A stretch of DNA of 64,000 bases from an uncultured delta proteobacterium (lineage in GTDB: Bacteria; Myxococcota_A; Polyangia; Fen-1088). The stretch covers positions 32,001 through 96,000 of the forward strand of contig CAWCMR010000008.1 of NCBI GenBank assembly GCA_963796685.1, given 5' to 3'. The position numbers were made by a program, and so were the translations under genes. Below the pieces are notes generated by a model. The model was not told the DNA's origin and made no database searches. It was given only the letters and a program-made list of their open reading frames with translations. Shown piece by piece: positions 59,724 to 64,000 of this stretch (positions within the stretch are counted from its first letter, which is position 1; every line of letters starts with the position of its first letter).

Positions 59724-60509
59724 CTAGTGAAGCTGGGTTAGTCTCTGCAGCATCTGATCCGCCGTCTGAATCGTCTTCGAGTTCATCTCGTACGCGCGTT
59801 GGGTGGTGATCATGTCGACCATCTCCTGCACCGCCTGCACGTTGGCGTTTTCGAGGTAGCCCTGGCTGATAGAGCCCGCGCCCTGCTCGCCCGGTTTGAC
59901 CAAGATGGGATCTCCGGACGCGGCTGTGGTTCCGAAAAGGTTGCTCCCCAGGGCATCCAGGCCCCCCGGATTGGTGAAGGTTGCCAACTGAAGGCTGCCG
60001 AGCTGTGTTGGATCGGTCCTTCCGGGCACCGCCACCAGCACCGTCCCGTCGGCGCGGATGGTGATGCTGGTCGCGTCCTGTGGGATGTTGATGGCGGGAT
60101 CCACAATCTCGCCGGTCTGGGTCACAAGGCGGCCTGTGGCATCCACGCGAAAGTTTCCGGCACGCGTGTAGCCGAATTCGCCGTTGGCGCGCTGGATGCG
60201 AAAGAAGCCACCACCCTCGATCGCCAGGTCGAGCGGGTTTTGCGTGGAAGTCATGTCGCCTTGGGCGAACGAACGCGTGGTCGTCGCGTTGCGCACGCCG
60301 AGGCCAATTTGCAACGGCTCCGGACGCCCTCCTCCCTCCGGCGTCGGCGCCGTGGCAGAGCGAATGGTCTCCGAGAGCAGGTCTTCGAAATCCGCACGTG
60401 CCCGCTTGAAGCCGGTCGTGCTGCTGTTGGCGAGGTTGTTGGCAATCACGTCCAGCTTCGTTTGCTGGGCTTCCATCCCGGTAGCGGCAGTGTAGAGAGA
60501 GCGAAGCAT
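59724..60509 (-). CDS. flgG: Distal rod protein FlgG
   Basis: MLRSLYTAATGMEAQQ..NNLAN.STTGFK, DLAIEGGGFF, YTRAGNF, QRAYEMNSK. Confidence 0.95.
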   Translation of the reverse strand: MLRSLYTAATGMEAQQTKLDVIANNLANSSTTGFKRARADFEDLLSETIRSATAPTPEGGGRPEPLQIGLGVRNATTTRSFAQGDMTSTQNPLDLAIEGGGFFRIQRANGEFGYTRAGNFRVDATGRLVTQTGEIVDPAINIPQDATSITIRADGTVLVAVPGRTDPTQLGSLQLATFTNPGGLDALGSNLFGTTAASGDPILVKPGEQGAGSISQGYLENANVQAVQEMVDMITTQRAYEMNSKTIQTADQMLQRLTQLH

Positions 60510-60523
60510 GTTCTTTTTCTCCG

Positions 60524-61234
60524 TTATCGAACCATCCCGACCTGGATCACGCGATCATCGAGCTGCTTGTAGGCCTGGATGGCTTGCATGGCCATTTCGT
60601 AGTTGCGTTGGGCGCCAATCATCTGCACCGTCGATTCGAGCGCCGAAACATTGCCCAGCTCGAGCTCTCCGACACGCACGCTGCCATCGGTGACTTGATC
60701 CATCTGGGTTCCCGTCGAGGGCATCATCAGCGAGGAGCCGACGCGATCCATGGCTCCCTGACTGGTCCACAGCGACAGGTTTCCGACGACCTGGCCTTCG
60801 ACCTTCACTTCGCCGGTCGACTCGATGGTCACCTCGCTTCCGTCCGGAACCGTGATCGCTTCCCCTGATGTGTCGAGCACGGGTAGTCCGGCAATTGTGA
60901 GAACCCCGTCGGGTCCAGTCTCGATATGCCCATTGCGGGTGTAGGCCACCTCGCCACCCGGCATTTGCACCGCCAGCATGGCGTCCCCATCGGGGATCAC
61001 GTCGGTCAGCGAGTCCGTGGTCTCGGTCGTGCCCGGCCGCATGTCGAGGGTCGTCCCGACAGCGCCTGACAGAACCTTGTCGGTCGGACCTCCGGGCGGA
61101 AGGAACGAGCTGAATGCCGGCCGCACGCCCTTGAACCCCGGCGACTCGATGTTGGCCAGATTGTCCGCGATGGCATCGAGCTGCGCCGCCCGCCCTATCG
61201 CCGCCGACATGCCTACATAGATTCCATCTGCCAC
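60524..61234 (-). CDS. flgF: Proximal rod protein FlgF
   Basis: LDAIADNLANIESPGFK, AYTRNG, LELGNVS..QRNYE; upstream of flgG. Confidence 0.9.
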   Translation of the reverse strand: MADGIYVGMSAAIGRAAQLDAIADNLANIESPGFKGVRPAFSSFLPPGGPTDKVLSGAVGTTLDMRPGTTETTDSLTDVIPDGDAMLAVQMPGGEVAYTRNGHIETGPDGVLTIAGLPVLDTSGEAITVPDGSEVTIESTGEVKVEGQVVGNLSLWTSQGAMDRVGSSLMMPSTGTQMDQVTDGSVRVGELELGNVSALESTVQMIGAQRNYEMAMQAIQAYKQLDDRVIQVGMVR

Positions 61235-61261
61235 GTTCGTGTACCTCGACGGGCTTTCAAA

Positions 61262-61276
61262 GCAATTCGGGTGCCA
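61262..61276 (-). promoter_or_regulatory. sigma54 promoter for the flgF operon
   Basis: Minus strand TGGCAC-CCGAA-TTGC, exact consensus. Confidence 0.85.
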
Positions 61277-61508
61277 GCCAGAGTGTCAGATCCATGGCGT
61301 AAGCCGAGCTCATGGCTGGCAGGAGTTTCAAGGGTCCAGCTCCAAACAATTCTGCGTTCTATCTCCTCTGCGACCTCCTCCCCCGCTGTGCTCTCTGTAA
61401 CGAAGCGTCCGAGCGTGGGCACGACGGGATCGTGCTTTTTGCGGTCATCTCTGCCGGGCAAGTCTTGCCGGTCTTCTCGATGGGGCTGTCCCGGGTTCGC
61501 GCGGCTGC

Positions 61509-61524
61509 GGGCACGCTTCCTGCT
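61509..61524 (+). promoter_or_regulatory. sigma54 promoter candidate for fliJ
   Basis: GGGCAC-GCTTC-CTGCT (GG-N10-GC). Confidence 0.6.
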
Positions 61525-61575
61525 TCGTATCGAAATGGGCTTCAGATTTTTCCCGTTCGTACCGAGGAGAAGATC

Positions 61576-61995
61576 GTGGGCAAGAAGAACCGACTGGAAA
61601 CCGTCGTCTGGCTCCGAGAGACGGAGGAGGATCGCGCTCGCCTGGCGATGGCCGATGCTCAGCGCAACGTGGCCACGGCCAACGAGGCCTTGTCCGCCGC
61701 GGAAACGCGAGCAAAAGTGGATGAGCGGCGAAGCGCGAGCGCTGCCCACTGGTCCCTGGTCGAGTCGGCGCACACGCGAGCCTTGCAGGAAGCCAGGCAG
61801 GCGGAACACGCCGTGAAGGCTGCCTCCGACGGTCTGTCGCAAAGCCGAGCCCGCTATCTCGGCGCGCACACGCGCACCGAGGCCTTGCGCAGAGCCATCG
61901 AGACCCGTCGCGCCGAGGAGATTCGGGCCGAGGTGCAGGCCGATCGAAAGAACATGGACGAGATCGCCATGCTCTTGCGCGCGGCGATGGCGTAG
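61576..61995 (+). CDS. fliJ: Flagellar export protein FliJ-like
   Basis: RBS GAGGAG + GTG; 139 aa coiled coil; RLETVVWLRETEE N-terminus and RKNMDEIA C-terminus resemble FliJ. Confidence 0.72.
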   Translation: MGKKNRLETVVWLRETEEDRARLAMADAQRNVATANEALSAAETRAKVDERRSASAAHWSLVESAHTRALQEARQAEHAVKAASDGLSQSRARYLGAHTRTEALRRAIETRRAEEIRAEVQADRKNMDEIAMLLRAAMA

Positions 61996-62072
61996 CAGAG
62001 AGAGCGCAGAGGTTTGGAAGAGCGCCGGGGCAGCGGGCAGGCTTCGACTGTCGAACCTCGATGCCCTATGCT

Positions 62073-62975
62073 TCAAGCCATCCGGCCAGCCAGGCGCGCG
62101 GGCAGCGCGGCGGTAATGCCAGCGATGGTGTCCTGATCGAGCCCAAGCAGCGCGGCCCCGCCCTCGACGATGACGGCGGTTTCGTCCGCCGGCCGCGCCG
62201 ACAAGTCATGTCCTGCTACCGCGGCCAACGCATTGGCCATGCGAACCACATTCGCCAGACGGTAGGGCCGCTCTTCGTCGTACTGGTCGCAAAGCCCGAC
62301 CGCATCGACGACCGAGTCGGGCAAGGTCCAGGCCCGCGTGACGGCGAGGCCGACCGTGCGCTCGCATTGGGTGATGATGCCAAGCCACTTCGACGGCATG
62401 ATCCAATGATCGACCCGCTTGCCGAGCAACCTGTTTTCGGCGTCGAGGAGCATCTCGGCCACCACGGGCCGCCCGATGTCGTGCAGCAGGCCGGCCAGAT
62501 AGGCCGCCTCGGGGTCGAGCCCGGGCAGGGCCTCGACCAGGTCGTGCGACAAGATGGCCACCGACAGCGAATGCTCCCACAGCCCGTCGCACATCTGCGC
62601 GATGCGCGGATCGTGACACTCGACGAGTTGGCGGGCAGCCGTCTCCATGAGAAAGAATGAAAGCTCGCGCGCGCCCAGGCGGGTCACGCAGGCGAGCACC
62701 GATTCCAGCCTGGTAAAGGTGGCGAACGCCACGCTGTTCGCCAGGTGAACCAGGCGCGCGGCCACCACGGGATCGGTCTCGATCACGGCCGACACCTCGT
62801 TCAGGCTGAAGTCTCGCTTGCGCAGCAGGGTGAACGCGCGCGTCGCCACCCGCGGCATCGCCGGCAGCGCCACACGATCTGCCGCCACCTGATCGAGCAC
62901 CGCCCGCTCGACCATCGCAGCGAGCTCATCGGAAGAGATCCTGAGACGTGAGAGCTTCAATTGCCCGACAACCAT
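62073..62975 (-). CDS. HDOD domain protein
   Basis: LPAMP, IETDPVVAARLVHLANS, LWEHS, AYLAGLLHDIG, RAWTLP. Confidence 0.9.
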   Translation of the reverse strand: MVVGQLKLSRLRISSDELAAMVERAVLDQVAADRVALPAMPRVATRAFTLLRKRDFSLNEVSAVIETDPVVAARLVHLANSVAFATFTRLESVLACVTRLGARELSFFLMETAARQLVECHDPRIAQMCDGLWEHSLSVAILSHDLVEALPGLDPEAAYLAGLLHDIGRPVVAEMLLDAENRLLGKRVDHWIMPSKWLGIITQCERTVGLAVTRAWTLPDSVVDAVGLCDQYDEERPYRLANVVRMANALAAVAGHDLSARPADETAVIVEGGAALLGLDQDTIAGITAALPARLAGRMA

Positions 62976-62999
62976 GAACCGCGGCTCCTGTGTTCCTGT

Positions 63000-63027
63000 C
63001 CATCGACGGATCCGGGCTCCGCCTTGA
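63000..63027 (-). promoter_or_regulatory. sigma28-type promoter for the HDOD gene
   Basis: Minus strand TCAA-N16-GTCGATGG. Confidence 0.6.
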
Positions 63028-63032
63028 TAGGC

Positions 63033-63248
63033 CTAGGCGACGACGTGAATGAGCGACCGACTCGTCTCGTCGGCGACGCGCGCCACCACCAGGTTGGCCT
63101 CGGCGGCTCGCTGGTTGGCCATGATGGCCACCATGTCGGCGGTCAGATTCTCGTCCGAGCGTTGGCCGCGAAGGCGGTCCGCCAATCGTTCGATGTCATC
63201 ACCGCGGGCCGCGTAGCCCGCCAGCGCGGTGCCGAGTGCCTGGATCAT
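63033..63248 (-). CDS. 71-aa miniature rod/hook-family protein (Flg_bbr_C-like)
   Basis: MIQALGTALAG...NLTADMVAIMANQRAAEANLVVARVADETSRSLI resembles the terminal helices of axial proteins; RBS GAGG. Confidence 0.68.
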   Translation of the reverse strand: MIQALGTALAGYAARGDDIERLADRLRGQRSDENLTADMVAIMANQRAAEANLVVARVADETSRSLIHVVA

Positions 63249-63264
63249 GCCGCCTCTCAACCGG

Positions 63265-63291
63265 TCTTCGACACGCAAACGAGAAAGATTA
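63265..63291 (-). promoter_or_regulatory. sigma28-type promoter for the mini rod-like gene
   Basis: Minus strand TAAT-N15-GTCGAAGA. Confidence 0.5.
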
Positions 63292-63310
63292 AGTCTCTTT
63301 CGTGGCGAGC

Positions 63311-63338
63311 TAAATGACTCGCCTGCTTCTGCCGAGTG
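63311..63338 (+). promoter_or_regulatory. sigma28-type promoter for the second HDOD gene
   Basis: TAAA-N16-GCCGAGTG, same pattern as the flbD promoter. Confidence 0.62.
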
Positions 63339-63354
63339 AGAGTGCAGGCAGACA

Positions 63355-64000
63355 ATGCTTGGTTTCCGCAAAGTCGAACGCATGCTGGCCGTGCCGGATC
63401 CGTCCGAGCTGACGCAGATGATCGCCGACGCGGCCAACGATCTGTGTCAAGACACGCACGCCATCAAGCGCACCCTGCCGGACGTGGCAGCCGACGTCAT
63501 GTCCCTGTGCCAACAATCGACCACCGATGCCTTGCGCATCGAGAAATCCGTCACACGCGATCCGTTCATCAGCGCCCAGATCGTCTCGGTGGCGAACTCG
63601 CCCATGTTCGCCCCGCGCATGCCTATCGTCAGCGTGCGCGACGCCATCGTGCGCATCGGACTGTCCAACGTCAACGACATCGTCATGATGGTGGTCACCA
63701 GCTCCACCATGTTCCGCATTCGCGGCTTCGACGAGCACGTCACGAGCGTCACCTCGCGTTTCCCCGCGACGGCCCTGGCCGCGCGCTTGATCGCGTCCAC
63801 CTTGCATCTGCCCATGGAATCCGCCTTCACCGCGGGGCTGCTGCACGACATCGGCGACCTCATTCTTCTCGACCGCTGCGTGAAGACCGGCAAGGTCAAG
63901 CCCGAAATGGTCCGCGAGCCCGTGTTCTACGGGGTTGTCATGGATGCCCTGCACGCCAACCACGCCAAAGTCGGCGCGGCCGTGTGCACGGTGTGGAAGC
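63355..64000 (+). CDS. HDOD domain protein (partial, runs off the window; absent from the ORF track)
   Basis: Manual translation from ATG 63355: DPFISAQIVSVANSPMF, SVRDAIVRIG, AFTAGLLHDIG; no stop before the window end. Confidence 0.85.
   Translation, partial: MLGFRKVERMLAVPDPSELTQMIADAANDLCQDTHAIKRTLPDVAADVMSLCQQSTTDALRIEKSVTRDPFISAQIVSVANSPMFAPRMPIVSVRDAIVRIGLSNVNDIVMMVVTSSTMFRIRGFDEHVTSVTSRFPATALAARLIASTLHLPMESAFTAGLLHDIGDLILLDRCVKTGKVKPEMVREPVFYGVVMDALHANHAKVGAAVCTVWK

Overview
High-GC bacterial DNA. MYXO-CTERM-like sorting, PEGA-domain Ser/Thr kinases and Gly-rich lipoproteins point to Myxococcota, probably Polyangia-like (inference). 1-16 kb: housekeeping genes (tsaE, topB, apaG, trmL, RsuA-type pseudouridine synthase), an Fn3/MYXO-CTERM/beta-barrel fusion, and a cluster of two paralogous PEGA pseudokinases, a tandem double kinase and a PLD-family gene. 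16-30 kb: YfiR, a GH43 lipoprotein, two solute-binding proteins plus a TonB-dependent receptor with no ABC permease, a degenerate REC-EAL protein, a PAS histidine kinase, a kinase-HDOD fusion and a sigma54 activator. 30-64 kb: a large flagellar cluster (flgBC-fliEFGHI-motE-like-fliK-flgDE-flbD-motAB; flgFGAHIJMNKL-fliC-fliS-fliD; displaced fliJ) with a GT41 glycosyltransferase, a methyltransferase and HDOD genes. Reading the intergenic DNA gives about ten sigma28-type promoters. They lie upstream of late flagellar genes and also of the binding-protein/TonB-receptor operon and all three HDOD genes, which suggests an uncharacterised FliA-controlled sensory arm. At least seven genes carry single-base frameshifts that look like long-read errors; four can be repaired to GAGCTC. 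No rRNA, tRNA, CRISPR array or transposase was recognised. All calls come from motif reading by eye, not database searches.
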